Positions 55,288-64,000 of a stretch of 64,000 bases of DNA are shown in pieces. The notes under the pieces were generated by a model. The model saw only the letters and a program-made list of their open reading frames with translations, ran no database searches and was not told the origin of the DNA. The translations under genes were made by a program, and so were the position numbers. This stretch comes from Clostridiales bacterium (lineage in GTDB: Bacteria > Bacillota > Clostridia > Christensenellales > UBA1242), in assembly GCA_015055665.1 (NCBI GenBank), contig SVHX01000004.1, forward strand, positions 28,021-92,020. Reading direction: 5' to 3'. The stretch's first letter is position 1. Each line of letters opens with the position of its first letter.

Positions 55288-58170
55288 CTATTTTGTGTCT
55301 TTACCGCAACAATTTTTGTACTTTTTGCCACTACCGCATGGACAAGCATCATTTCTACCTACTAATTTACCTTTCTTCTTAGCTTCGGTTTTTTCGGTAG
55401 AATTTGTAACCATTTCAATGTTGCTAGGAGCTTTCATAAGTTTGTCTAGCTCTGCATTGGCCTCAGCATTAGCAGGAGTTTCAGGAGCTTTTTCTGGTTT
55501 TGCTTCAGCTGATGATGCTTGGTCTTTCTCTTTCTTCTTAGCTTCGTCAATTTGTTTCTTTCTTGCAAGAGCCATTTCGTGAAGTTGCTTTAATTGCTCT
55601 TCGGTTGGCTTCTTAACAGTGAAGTTTACAGGGACTTTCTTCTCTATCTGAATACGGAAATTGATAAGGAACATAGCTGTTTCTTCACGCATCTTAAGTA
55701 CCATACGCTCAAACGCCTGACCGCTCTCTTTCTTGAATTCGATAATTGGATCATGGTTACCATAAGCACGAAGACCGATTTCGCCACGAAGTATCTCCAT
55801 AAAGTCGATATGATCACGCCACAAGCTATCTACGACTCTTAGCAATATCTCACGCTCTATTCTCTGATAATCTAAGTTGATATCCTTAAGAACTTTGCAC
55901 TTAGCTTCGTATACCTCTACCGCCTTGTCTGCAACCTTAGTTCCTAGCTCTTCTGCCTCTAAGCCTTCGATCATATCTGCAGTTACGAAGTTAGCTTCGG
56001 CAGGAAGAACTCTATTGTTAAGATTGCTATTAATCTTATCTATATCCCACTCTTCCCAGGACTCCTTGCCATCTATTGCATCATACACTGCGTCTATTGC
56101 AAAGTCTCTAATCATATCTATAATTTCGTCATGCACATCTGCACCATCAATAACTCTATTACGCTCAGCATATATCTCTTTGCGTTGTTGGTTATTAACG
56201 TCATCAAACTTAAGGACTGTGTGTCTAGCAGAGAAATGGAATCCCTCTATACGTCTTTGAGCAGCTTCTATCTGCTTAGATAAGAACTTAAGAGTAAATG
56301 CAGTATCGTCAGAGAATTTAAAGAACTTAACAAGTCCTTGCATCTTCTCTCCGCCAAATCTACGCATTAGATCATCTTCCATACTAACATAGAATACGCT
56401 ACTACCCGGATCACCTTGTCTTCCTGCTCTACCTCTAAGCTGATTATCTATACGTCTAGACTCATGTCTTTCTGTACCAATTATATGAAGTCCACCAAGA
56501 GAAATTACCTTGCCTCTCTCGTCGTCTGTTACTTGCTCGAATTCTTTGTAGTACTTCTTGTACTTCTCTCTAGCAAGCTCCATGTCCTTGCTATCACTAG
56601 GAAGGTATGATGTAGAGAACTCAATCTGCTCATCACTATATCCTAGCTCTTTCATCTTCTGCTTAGCAAGGAACTCTGGGTTGCCACCCAACATAATATC
56701 TGTACCACGACCAGCCATATTGGTTGCAATTGTTACCTGACCAAGTCTTCCTGCCTGAGCTATAATTTGGCTTTCTTTTGCGTGATTTTTGGCATTAAGT
56801 ACATTGTGTTTAATTTTTGCCTTAGTTAATTCCTTAGATATAAGCTCACTCTTCTCGATAGTTACAGTACCTACAAGAATTGGTCTACCCTCGGCATGAA
56901 CCTTCTTAACCTCTTCCACAATAGCGTTAATCTTAGCAGCCTCAGTTGGATATATTACATCTGTCCAGTCAACACGGCGAACAGGCTTGTTAGTTGGAAT
57001 CTGTACAACGTCAAGATTGTAGATCTTATTAAATTCTGTTTCTTCTGTCTTAGCAGTACCAGTCATACCAGATATCTTATCATATATACGGAAGAAATTC
57101 TGGAAAGTAATAGTTGCAAGAGTCTTGTTCTCATCTCTTACCTCCAATCCTTCCTTAGCCTCGATTGCTTGGTGAAGACCATTGCTGTACTTTCTACCAT
57201 CCATAAGACGACCAGTAAATTCGTCAACGATAACAATCTCACCATCTTTGATAATATAATTATTATCTTTGTGCATGATGTACTGAGCCTTAAGTGCATT
57301 GTTAATGTAATGGTTAAGCTCGATATGTTGCACATCACCAAGGTTCTCGATATTATAGAATTTCTCTGCCTTGGCAATACCACTCTCGATTAGTCGTATA
57401 GCACGCTCTTTCTCTTCAATTTCGTAATCCGACTCTTTAAGAGTTTTTGCAAATCTTGCAGCTTTCTTGTACTCCTCGCTACTCTTCATGCCTTTGCCAG
57501 AAATAATAAGCGGAGTTCTTGCCTCGTCAATTAGGATTGAGTCAACCTCATCAATAATAGCAAAATGGTATCCACGAGCAACCCTATCCTCAGGTCTCAT
57601 AACCATGTTATCTCTTAGGTAGTCAAATCCAAGTTCGTTATTAGTACTATAAGTGATATCACAATCATATGCAACCTTCTTCTGAGCAGGATTCATATCA
57701 TGTGTACTAATACCTACAGTAAGTCCTAAGAACTTAAATATCTTACCCATCCAATCAGCGTCACGAGCAGATAGATATTCGTTAACTGTTACGATATGAC
57801 AACCTTTGCCTTCAAGAGCCACAAGGTACGCTGGTAGCGTTTCCATAAGAGTTTTACCTTCACCAGTTTTCATCTCGGCAATACGGCCTTGGAAAAGAGC
57901 AATACCACCAAGTATCTGTACGTGATAATGTCTCTTACCAATTACTCTTGTACTCGCCTCTCTAACGCACGCATATGCATCTGGCAATATATCGATTGGC
58001 TTCTCTCCATCACGAAGACGATTCTTAAGAATAAATGTTGTTTCCTTAAGCTCTTCGTCTGTCATTACTCTATATTTGTCGCTAAGTTCTTCGACTTTAG
58101 CAGCGATTTTTTCGAGTTTAGCTATATTTCTATCATTTTCAGATTTAAATATTTTTCTAAATAGTCCCAT
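55288..58170 (-). CDS. secA: Preprotein translocase ATPase SecA
   Basis: 960 aa. MKTGEGKTL Walker A. IIDEVDSILIDEARTPLIISG. C-terminal zinc motif CPCGSGKKYKNCCG. Confidence 0.97.
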   Translation of the reverse strand: MGLFRKIFKSENDRNIAKLEKIAAKVEELSDKYRVMTDEELKETTFILKNRLRDGEKPIDILPDAYACVREASTRVIGKRHYHVQILGGIALFQGRIAEMKTGEGKTLMETLPAYLVALEGKGCHIVTVNEYLSARDADWMGKIFKFLGLTVGISTHDMNPAQKKVAYDCDITYSTNNELGFDYLRDNMVMRPEDRVARGYHFAIIDEVDSILIDEARTPLIISGKGMKSSEEYKKAARFAKTLKESDYEIEEKERAIRLIESGIAKAEKFYNIENLGDVQHIELNHYINNALKAQYIMHKDNNYIIKDGEIVIVDEFTGRLMDGRKYSNGLHQAIEAKEGLEVRDENKTLATITFQNFFRIYDKISGMTGTAKTEETEFNKIYNLDVVQIPTNKPVRRVDWTDVIYPTEAAKINAIVEEVKKVHAEGRPILVGTVTIEKSELISKELTKAKIKHNVLNAKNHAKESQIIAQAGRLGQVTIATNMAGRGTDIMLGGNPEFLAKQKMKELGYSDEQIEFSTSYLPSDSKDMELAREKYKKYYKEFEQVTDDERGKVISLGGLHIIGTERHESRRIDNQLRGRAGRQGDPGSSVFYVSMEDDLMRRFGGEKMQGLVKFFKFSDDTAFTLKFLSKQIEAAQRRIEGFHFSARHTVLKFDDVNNQQRKEIYAERNRVIDGADVHDEIIDMIRDFAIDAVYDAIDGKESWEEWDIDKINSNLNNRVLPAEANFVTADMIEGLEAEELGTKVADKAVEVYEAKCKVLKDINLDYQRIEREILLRVVDSLWRDHIDFMEILRGEIGLRAYGNHDPIIEFKKESGQAFERMVLKMREETAMFLINFRIQIEKKVPVNFTVKKPTEEQLKQLHEMALARKKQIDEAKKKEKDQASSAEAKPEKAPETPANAEANAELDKLMKAPSNIEMVTNSTEKTEAKKKGKLVGRNDACPCGSGKKYKNCCGKDTK

Positions 58171-58476
58171 TAGTTTTCTCCTTAAAAGTTGATATAAATG
58201 CCCATTGTTGGCAACTCAAATAATAATAAATCATGCCAAGTTAAGGGATTTAAACATCTCTACCAATATTTTACAATATTAAGTGCAAAAAACCAAGCAA
58301 TTTACATATGTTTTTGACTTATTTTGTAGCATAGATTTGTCGAAAAAAGATAATTTCTTTTTATCACACGCACAATAATTTTGAGATTTACTTGTATTTG
58401 TGCTAAACTAGTAAGGTCGAATTATTGCCAGCACGCAATATTCAGATAGAAATAATACAACAAGGATATTACTACA

Positions 58477-59433
58477 TTGGAAAAACTAAAAGAACTAAAA
58501 AATATTCTACGCAATATTACTACACCAATATATCTAGCAGGACACGTCAACCCCGATCACGATAGCATTGGCTCTTGTCTTGCTATGGGTAGACTACTTG
58601 AGAAGATGGGCAAAGAAGTGTATGTCTTACTTGAGAGCAAGAATCAAGACTTGTTAGAAGTACACGACAACTCTCACTTAGTAATTAATAATGTAGACAA
58701 CATTACCTCTCCATATACTTTGGTTGCTCTTGACCTCAACGAAACATCTCGATTAGGTGTATACGAATCTCTATATTCGTCAGCAGACTTTACCATTAAT
58801 ATCGACCACCACCAAGGCAACTTTACTAATGCAGACTTCGTGATTAGCGATTCTTCGGTAAGTTCCACCTGCGAAATAATATATAATTTAATCTGCAAAT
58901 TTGGTAGAGAATATATCGACCAGCCAATTGCATCAACATTATATGCAGGCATATTAACTGATACAAGTGGATTCTCTCGCAGAATATCTAGTACCACAAT
59001 GCAAATAGCTCAATGGCTAATTAACAAAGGAATCAATTACGAGAACATTATCCGCAATACAATATCCAAACGTAGCCTATACGAGCTACAAGCCCTTGCT
59101 TATCTTGTTAGTCAAATCAAATTGGAAGACAAACTACACTATCTTGTAATTGACAAATCCTTACCTCAACTTAGCGAGCTCACACATCTGCAAATAACCA
59201 AATCTATTTCGGAAGAGCTCCGCAAGATAGATAGCATTGATACCTTCGTGATATTTATACTAGAGAGCGATCATATAGTTGGCAAAGTAATGAGTAATCT
59301 AACCAAGAACGCCAACGTTATAGCCGAGTTATTTGGCGGTGGTGGACATAAGGGCGAAGCAGGATTTATCGTTCAGCATACCGATTACTTAAAACTCGTT
59401 AACGAAATAAAACAATACATGAAAGGGAATTAA
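58477..59433 (+). CDS. nrnA: DHH/DHHA1 phosphoesterase (NrnA-like nanoRNase / pAp phosphatase)
   Basis: GHVNPDHDSIGS, NIDHHQGN (DHH) and FGGGGHKGEAG (DHHA1) motifs. TTG start 10 nt after AAGGA. No in-frame ATG would retain motif I. Confidence 0.8.
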   Translation: MEKLKELKNILRNITTPIYLAGHVNPDHDSIGSCLAMGRLLEKMGKEVYVLLESKNQDLLEVHDNSHLVINNVDNITSPYTLVALDLNETSRLGVYESLYSSADFTINIDHHQGNFTNADFVISDSSVSSTCEIIYNLICKFGREYIDQPIASTLYAGILTDTSGFSRRISSTTMQIAQWLINKGINYENIIRNTISKRSLYELQALAYLVSQIKLEDKLHYLVIDKSLPQLSELTHLQITKSISEELRKIDSIDTFVIFILESDHIVGKVMSNLTKNANVIAELFGGGGHKGEAGFIVQHTDYLKLVNEIKQYMKGN

Positions 59434-59524
59434 CAATACCCCCTCTAATCTACGCTATCCTCTTACTATAGGATAGTGTTTTTTATATAGTGTCAACCAG
59501 AGAAAATGCAACATATATATTATC

Positions 59525-60460
59525 ATGAGAAATATTGAAGATCTAGATCGCCTAATTGGCAATACACCATTAGTCGAGATAACATACGAATATAATGGTG
59601 ATACTCGCAAAACTCTTGCCAAATGCGAGTGGTATAATTTATCTGGCAGCATCAAGGATAGAGTTGCGTACCAAATCATAAAAGATGCAATCGCATCAGG
59701 CAAGGTTGACAGCAAGACCAATATCGTTGAGGTATCAAGTGGCAATATGGGGATATCTCTATCCGCAATTTCAGCGTACCTAGGACTTAACATTACCATC
59801 ATCATGCCAAGATCTATGAGCCAAGAACGCAAAGAGCTAATCAAGATGTATGGAGCAAGGTTGATCGAAACCAAAGACTTTGCTGAAGCATTTGCGTTAT
59901 GCGATAAACTTGTCGAGCAAGGTTATTATTGTACTCGCCAATTTAGCAACCCCAGCAACACGAAGACACACTCTACCACAACCGCTAACGAAATCCTAAA
60001 GCTTGTTACTCCAGACTATACAAGCTTCGTAGCAGGAGTTGGTACTAGCGGAACACTTAGCGGAGTAAGTTGTATACTTCGCGAAGCTGGCATATCTACA
60101 ATTGCCATTGAGCCATATAATGCACGCATACTAACATCCGCTCCACCATATAGCCACCATGAATTACAAGGGCTTTCTGACGAAATATTACCAGAACTCT
60201 ACTCAAGTAAACTCGTTGATAATATAATACCCATAACAGATGATGACGCAATAGCAATGAGCCAGAAACTCTGCAAAGAGCTTGGCTTAGGCGTTGGAAT
60301 ATCTAGTGGAGCTAACTTTCTTGGATGTGTACTATCTAATAACAATGCTATTACAATTTTCCCTGATGATAACAAAAAATACTTAACCACGCGACTTGCC
60401 AAGACTATCCACACACCACTAGTGGATAGTCTTAATTTAATTTCTCTCAAGTCAATATAA
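59525..60460 (+). CDS. cysK: Cysteine synthase / O-acetylserine sulfhydrylase family
   Basis: IGNTPLVE, SGSIKDR (PLP Lys) and AGVGTSGTLSG motifs. 311 aa. Confidence 0.82.
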   Translation: MRNIEDLDRLIGNTPLVEITYEYNGDTRKTLAKCEWYNLSGSIKDRVAYQIIKDAIASGKVDSKTNIVEVSSGNMGISLSAISAYLGLNITIIMPRSMSQERKELIKMYGARLIETKDFAEAFALCDKLVEQGYYCTRQFSNPSNTKTHSTTTANEILKLVTPDYTSFVAGVGTSGTLSGVSCILREAGISTIAIEPYNARILTSAPPYSHHELQGLSDEILPELYSSKLVDNIIPITDDDAIAMSQKLCKELGLGVGISSGANFLGCVLSNNNAITIFPDDNKKYLTTRLAKTIHTPLVDSLNLISLKSI

Positions 60461-60464
60461 ACAC

Positions 60465-60497
60465 AAAAAGCAACACAATATAACGTGTTGCTTTTTA
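60465..60497. terminator. Bidirectional terminator
   Basis: AAAGCAACAC-aatataac-GTGTTGCTTT. Confidence 0.7.
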
Positions 60498-60501
60498 CTA
60501 T

Positions 60502-60813
60502 TTAATTAATTCCATTAGCGTTATCTCGCTGAATCTTAAGTAGCATATCAAAGTCATCATCATCCGCACTCTTGTTGCGTTTGACCTCTCCGCATTTCTC
60601 ACACTTATATGTGATTATATAACCTTTTTTGCTATTAGGCTCAACTGAGATTGGTTTTAATAATCCCAAACACTTATTGGCTCTATCTCCAGGGATATTG
60701 TCAATATGTATAGAGTAAATGCAATAAGGACAATGATCACGACTCGTATACCTAAGAGGCTCAACGGTCTTTCCGCAGTGCTGACACACAAATCCATTAT
60801 CGTTCTTAATCAT
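60502..60813 (-). CDS. RNHCP-domain zinc-ribbon protein
   Basis: FVCQHCGKTVEP...SRDHCPYCIYSIH plus CEKCGE. The RBS GAGGTGGA lies within the last radC codons. Confidence 0.7.
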   Translation of the reverse strand: MIKNDNGFVCQHCGKTVEPLRYTSRDHCPYCIYSIHIDNIPGDRANKCLGLLKPISVEPNSKKGYIITYKCEKCGEVKRNKSADDDDFDMLLKIQRDNANGIN

Positions 60814-60815
60814 AT

Positions 60816-61577
60816 CTAATCCACCTCGTATCTGGCAGGTGGCTGAGCAATGCTCTTGAAGTCTACAATGCTTGCGACCTCTTCCTTGAATTTATCTAGC
60901 ATACCCGATTGACGATAACTATAATATTCGTTATCATCCTCGCCTATTATAATGTGATCCAGTAAATGACAGCTGTTAATACCAAGATTAGTAATCAATG
61001 CTTTGGTAAATCTGTGATCACTATCAGAAGGTGTAACATCTCCCTTAGGATGATTATGTGCTATTACCACACTATTAACCTTGGTACGGAATATTCTCTC
61101 GAGCATAAATCTCATATTAATAGTGGCTTCCGAACTAGTACCTTCGGCAATCTTGTCTACCGATAGTATCTGATTCTTAGGCGATATACACACAAGATAC
61201 AATTGTTCCACTAGTTTACCCTTAAACAGGTATCTAACAAACTCATGTACAGCATTAGGACTGATGACAGTAATGTTCTTAACAATTCTATCCTTCTCGT
61301 AATAATGAAAGATATTCTTAAGATTGCTCAAGAAATGTGCGGTAACTTCTCCTACTCCATCTACTTGAGCAAGCTCATCTTCATCCGCCTCAAGAACAGC
61401 AGCGAAAGTTTCGTATTTATTAATTAACCTATGAGCAATTACGTTAGTGTCTTTGTATGGCATAACAAAAGTTAGTGCATACTCTAGCACTTGATATCCT
61501 TGCCAATGCTCAATTCCTACACTGCGAACTCTTTCTCTTAGTCGCTTTCTATGTCCACTATGCTCTTTCTGATCCAT
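60816..61577 (-). CDS. radC: RadC-family JAB-domain protein
   Basis: N-terminal HRKRLRER and HhH (QVDGVGEVTA). C-terminal JAMM-like motif AHNHPKGDVTPSDSD. Confidence 0.85.
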   Translation of the reverse strand: MDQKEHSGHRKRLRERVRSVGIEHWQGYQVLEYALTFVMPYKDTNVIAHRLINKYETFAAVLEADEDELAQVDGVGEVTAHFLSNLKNIFHYYEKDRIVKNITVISPNAVHEFVRYLFKGKLVEQLYLVCISPKNQILSVDKIAEGTSSEATINMRFMLERIFRTKVNSVVIAHNHPKGDVTPSDSDHRFTKALITNLGINSCHLLDHIIIGEDDNEYYSYRQSGMLDKFKEEVASIVDFKSIAQPPARYEVD

Positions 61578-61607
61578 ACTTATACTTTACTTATAAATTA
61601 ATAACTA

Positions 61608-63794
61608 TTATCCTTCGGTTATCTCGTCGTCAACCGCGCCTTTAATAGTAAGGCTTATACGTTTCTTGGCGATATCCACGCCAATTACTTTTACTTTAAC
61701 TACATCTCCAACCTTGAGTACCTCGCTTGGATGTTTGATGTAATCTTTGCTAATTTCGCTAATATGCACTAGTCCATCTTGGTGAACAGATATATCTACA
61801 AATACACCAAAGTCGATAACATTTCTAACAACTCCGGTCATAACCATGCCTTCCTTAAGATTCTCAATACCAAGTAATGCACTCTTTAGTACTGGCTTAG
61901 GAAGATCGTCACGAACATCTCTACCAGGCTTAGCAAGTTCATTAGCAATATCTACAAGTGTTGGTACACCTACACCCAACTTCTCTGCTACCTTGTCTAC
62001 GCCTTCCTTCTCTAACATCTTAGGGAGAAGTTGAAGATTGTCTTCCTTAACATCAGCTATATTAAGCTTAAAGTACTCTAGCAACTTATGTGCAACATTG
62101 TAGCTCTCTGGGTGGACACCTGTATTGTCTAGTATATTCTTGCCACCTACAATACGCAAGAATCCCGCGCACTGCTCGTATGCCTTATCGCCTAATTTAG
62201 GCACTTTCTTAAGCTCTTCACGAGTAGCGAATTCGCCCTTCTCGCTACGATACTTCTCAATATTTTTTGCAACTGCCGAGTTAAGTCCAGCAACAAAGCT
62301 TAGTAGGCTTGGACTTGCCGTATTAACATCAACACCAACTGTATTAACGCAGTTCTCTACAACACCATCCAATACCTCTGTCAACCTATTCTGAGGCATA
62401 TCATGCTGATATTGTCCAACACCAATTGACTTAACATCAATCTTAATAAGTTCCGCTAGAGGATCTTGTAAACGCCTTGCTATAGACACCGCACTTCTTA
62501 ACGCTACATCAAAGTTAGGGAACTCCGCAGCACCTAGCTTACTAGCACTATATACAGATGCACCAGCCTCGTTAACTACCGCATAAGTAACTGGTCGATT
62601 AAGATCTTTGATTAGATTGGCAACGAATATTTCGCTCTCCTTAGTAGCTGTACCGTTACCAATAGATATTACATCTACATCATGCTTACGGATTAACTGA
62701 GTAAGAGTAGCAGTAGCTTCCTCAATCTTGTTCTGAGGAGGAGTAGGATATACAACCGCAGTATCAAGCACCTTACCACTACTATCAATTACAGCTATCT
62801 TACAACCTGTACGATACGCAGGGTCAAGGCCTAGGATTACCTTGTTACGAAGTGGTGGTTGCATAAGAAGTGGCTTTAGATTAACCTCAAACATCTTAAT
62901 AGCCTGTTCGTTAGCCTTGTCGGTTAGTTCGTTACGTACTTCACGCTCGATACTAGGGAATATTAGTCTGTCGTAACTATCAAGGCATACTTCCTTAAGT
63001 AATTCTTCAAATGGGCTATTTTTCTTGATAATTTTGCCCTCTACCATGCCATGAGCAATTTCTTCGTTAAGAGTAAGCGATACTTTAAGGATATCTTCCT
63101 TCTCGCCTCTATTGATAGCAAGAATTCTATGTGATGGCATCTTCTTGATATCCGAATTATAGTCTTTGTACATCTCGTAAGTAAATGCGTTTTCTTTGGT
63201 TTCGTCAAACTTACATTTAACGAATCCTTTATTAACAAGAGCCTCTCTAAGTTCTTTACGAAGAGCAGCGTTATCAGATATCATTTCTGCAATAATATCC
63301 TTAGCACCCTGCAATGCCTCATTAGCAGTCTTAACGCCTTTCTCTTCGTCTATATATTTCTCAGCCTCAGCCATTAGATCAAATGGCTTCTGCTCCAATA
63401 TCTTGTCTGCAAGTGGTTGTAATCCCTTGGCAATAGCCACAGACGCCCTAGTCTTACGCTTAGGTCTAAATGGTCTGTATATATCCTCAACTTCTGTCAA
63501 AGTTACAGCATCAGCAAGAGCCTTCTCGATCTCCTCTGTCATATTGCCCTGCTCGCTAATAAGGTTGGCAACCTCTTCTTTACGCTTAGTAAGATTTCTT
63601 AGATACTTAAGTCTATCATCAAAAGTTCTTAGTGTTTGGTCATCACAACTACCAGTAAGTTCCTTACGATATCTTGCAATAAATGGTATAGTGCAGCCCT
63701 CATCAAGTAGTGAGATAATGTTGTTTGTATGGTTAAGAGATAGTCCCATTTCCATACTAAGTTGTTTAGCAATGTCCATATAATTTTCCTTCAT
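61608..63794 (-). CDS. tex: Tex-like RNA-binding transcription accessory protein
   Basis: TIPFIARYRKELTG. YqgF-like GLDPAYRTGCKIAVID. SIARRLQDPLAELIKID. C-terminal S1 domain (GVVRNVIDFGVFVDI...VHISE). The true start may be ATG 63779 (AAGGAAA RBS). Confidence 0.92.
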   Translation of the reverse strand: MKENYMDIAKQLSMEMGLSLNHTNNIISLLDEGCTIPFIARYRKELTGSCDDQTLRTFDDRLKYLRNLTKRKEEVANLISEQGNMTEEIEKALADAVTLTEVEDIYRPFRPKRKTRASVAIAKGLQPLADKILEQKPFDLMAEAEKYIDEEKGVKTANEALQGAKDIIAEMISDNAALRKELREALVNKGFVKCKFDETKENAFTYEMYKDYNSDIKKMPSHRILAINRGEKEDILKVSLTLNEEIAHGMVEGKIIKKNSPFEELLKEVCLDSYDRLIFPSIEREVRNELTDKANEQAIKMFEVNLKPLLMQPPLRNKVILGLDPAYRTGCKIAVIDSSGKVLDTAVVYPTPPQNKIEEATATLTQLIRKHDVDVISIGNGTATKESEIFVANLIKDLNRPVTYAVVNEAGASVYSASKLGAAEFPNFDVALRSAVSIARRLQDPLAELIKIDVKSIGVGQYQHDMPQNRLTEVLDGVVENCVNTVGVDVNTASPSLLSFVAGLNSAVAKNIEKYRSEKGEFATREELKKVPKLGDKAYEQCAGFLRIVGGKNILDNTGVHPESYNVAHKLLEYFKLNIADVKEDNLQLLPKMLEKEGVDKVAEKLGVGVPTLVDIANELAKPGRDVRDDLPKPVLKSALLGIENLKEGMVMTGVVRNVIDFGVFVDISVHQDGLVHISEISKDYIKHPSEVLKVGDVVKVKVIGVDIAKKRISLTIKGAVDDEITEG

Positions 63795-63854
63795 TTTTCT
63801 ATTACATTATGAGTTATTGGTATCCAAAAAATCTCCCAATATCCTCACTTATCT

Positions 63855-63883
63855 AGTATACCATACAACCCCGCACTTTTCAA
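63855..63883 (-). promoter_or_regulatory. tex promoter
   Basis: On the minus strand: TTGAAA, 17-nt spacer ending in TGg, then TATACT. Confidence 0.5.
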
Positions 63884-63901
63884 ATAAATATATATAGTTA
63901 C

Positions 63902-63935
63902 GAAAAAAAAGATTACAAGCATCATACTTGTAACC
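63902..63935 (-). terminator. Terminator of the gene entering from the right window edge
   Basis: On the minus strand: GGTTACAAG-tatgatg-CTTGTAATC (one G-U pair) followed by TTTTTTTT. Confidence 0.6.
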
Positions 63936-63945
63936 TTAGTTAATA

Positions 63946-64000
63946 TTAATCTATATAGTCAATAACAAGACATCTATTAGGCTCTACACCCTCTGAGTGA
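63946..64000 (-). CDS. 3' end of an unidentified gene (only 17 codons in the window)
   Basis: The minus-strand frame reads ...HSEGVEPNRCLVIDYID* with TAA at 63948..63946, followed by a terminator. Too short to identify. Confidence 0.3.
   Translation of the reverse strand, partial: HSEGVEPNRCLVIDYID

Noticed and set aside
58171-58476. The 306-bp secA / nrnA divergent spacer as a possible structured RNA or small gene.
   Set aside because: I found only promoter-like elements and a weak direct repeat (CACGCACAATAAT and CACGCAATAT). There is no conserved RNA core, hairpin series or RBS-preceded ORF.
63196-63783. 195-aa plus-strand ORF. Similar antisense ORFs occur at 3462-4022, 6035-6601, 22983-23429, 39606-40046 and 48852-49229.
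   Set aside because: All lie antisense within strongly conserved genes (tex, dnaE, whiA/PHP, the FAD oxidoreductase, the repeat protein, tsaD). Their translations are Ser/Leu-rich and typical of antisense frames.
1-64000. I looked for CRISPR arrays, IS elements, transposases, integrases, prophage genes, reverse transcriptases and known defence genes.
   Set aside because: No intergenic region exceeds about 390 bp and none shows spaced direct repeats. No ORF shows DDE, tyrosine or serine recombinase, RT, or typical defence ATPase or nuclease motifs by eye. A proper HMM scan is still needed.

Overview
This is a 64-kb chromosomal window from a low-GC, Firmicutes-like anaerobe. Supporting signs are AGGAGG-type ribosome-binding sites (RBS), TRTGn extended -10 promoters, many rho-independent terminators and a desulfoferrodoxin gene. 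The standard code applies with UGA as a stop: prfB carries the canonical CTT TGA +1 frameshift.

I count about 55 protein genes, one type-II tRNA-Ser(GGA) and one gene remnant.

- **Housekeeping backbone:** pfkA, dnaE, whiA, murB, asnS, galU, dtd, glmS, tsaD, prfB, secA, an nrnA-like DHH gene, cysK, radC and tex.
- **Not seen:** rRNA, CRISPR array, transposase, integrase, phage genes or any recognisable defence gene.
- **AT-rich blocks:** hand GC counts on 60-nt samples give about 22-30% in these blocks against 42-48% in backbone genes. The blocks are 29.7-30.05 kb, 32.2-35.3 kb, 36.8-39.4 kb and 53.5-55.1 kb.

I could not identify a complete new system with confidence. Ranked candidates:

1. 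An AT-rich, tightly coupled operon at 32255-35225: NifS-type cysteine desulfurase, SAM methyltransferase, GNAT acetyltransferase, and a ferredoxin/thioredoxin-like fusion.
2. A 1638-aa CvpA-anchored protein built from diverged W-x2-E repeat modules (16502-21418).
3. Tandem paralogues of an unknown family sharing VYFCYDCNGK and IDI-RAD-AL motifs (51321-52475).
4. A long U32 protein with an intact CX6CX15CX3C Fe-S motif, translationally coupled to a COG2509-type flavoprotein (22986-26765).
5. A small alarmone hydrolase-like HD gene coupled to a 1073-aa fused MacB-type ABC transporter (44068-47904).
6. A very AT-rich orphan 433-aa gene next to secA (53769-55070).

All homology calls are motif recognition by eye. 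No database or structure search was run, and start codons were refined by hand from RBS context.
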